A stretch of 26,138 nt of DNA from an uncultured Planctomycetota bacterium (GTDB taxonomy: Bacteria > Planctomycetota > UBA1135 > GCA-002686595): NCBI GenBank assembly GCA_903829565.1, contig CAIKQM010000442.1:1-26138 (forward strand), given 5' to 3'. A model generated the notes under the pieces. It searched no databases, was not told the origin of the DNA, and was given only the letters and a program-made list of their open reading frames with translations. This document shows positions 25,701 through 26,138 of the stretch, piece by piece (the stretch's first letter is position 1; each line of letters begins with the position of its first letter). The position numbers were made by a program, and so were the translations under genes.

Positions 25701-25758
25701 GAGTGGCGCGCGGTGCGCGCACGCCACTCTAGACCTGCGAGGCTAGCGGCGGAATAGG

Positions 25759-26138
25759 TCAGTCCGGCTGGCCGATCAGGATCGAAACGTTGTGGCCGCC
25801 GAAGCCCAGCGAGTTGGACAAGGCGTTGCGGATCTTCAACTCGCGCGCGGCGCCCGGCACATAGTCCAGATCGCAATCGGGATCCGGAGTCGTGTAGTTG
25901 CGCGTGGGGTGCACCTTGCCGTGGTAGACGGACATGGCGGTCACCACCAGCTCGACGGCCGCCGAAGCACCCAACAAGTGCCCCACCATCGACTTGGTCG
26001 AGTTCACAGCCAACTTGCGGGCATGGTCCCCGAAGCACAGCTTCAACGCGCGCGTCTCAATCGCATCGTTGTAGGGCGTGCTGGTGCCGTGCGCGTTGAT
26101 GTAGTCGACTTGGTCAGGGTTGACCTTGCCGTGCCGCA
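25759..26138 (-). CDS. fabF: Beta-ketoacyl-ACP synthase II, C-terminal part (5' truncated by window edge)
   Basis: VDYINAHGTSTPYND, STKSMVGHLLGA, NSLGFGGHN. The frame is open to the window end. Confidence 0.93.
   Translation of the reverse strand, partial: RHGKVNPDQVDYINAHGTSTPYNDAIETRALKLCFGDHARKLAVNSTKSMVGHLLGASAAVELVVTAMSVYHGKVHPTRNYTTPDPDCDLDYVPGAARELKIRNALSNSLGFGGHNVSILIGQPD

Overview
This is a GC-rich (roughly 65% by eye), gene-dense bacterial chromosomal window. I see no transposase, catalytic integrase, phage gene or CRISPR array. Gene order: 3' end of a probable CCA-adding enzyme; a dxr-rseP-ubiA(EboC-like) operon; a zinc-ribbon NUDIX hydrolase; a secreted alpha/beta-hydrolase-fold protein that appears to have lost its catalytic triad; a membrane-fused spermidine-synthase-like methyltransferase; a small helical protein; a secreted Pro/Gly-linker HEAT-like protein; a three-subunit sdhCAB; a small Cys-rich ORF; a MaoC dehydratase; a GyrI-like lipoprotein; an AT-rich 30-bp palindrome; a 538-aa unknown protein; cvpA; a cobalamin riboswitch heading an operon of an unknown secreted beta-propeller-like protein plus cobT and cobS; an Nfu-domain protein; a stand-alone HisKA-like protein; tRNA-Leu(CAA); dapB; ddl; a eukaryote-type UDP-GlcNAc pyrophosphorylase; and the 3' end of fabF. 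Protein styles suggest Planctomycetota (inference only). The best candidate for an undescribed system is the B12-riboswitch-controlled operon (secreted unknown protein + cobT + cobS), a possible cobamide capture and remodelling module. All family calls come from motif recognition by eye; no searches were run.
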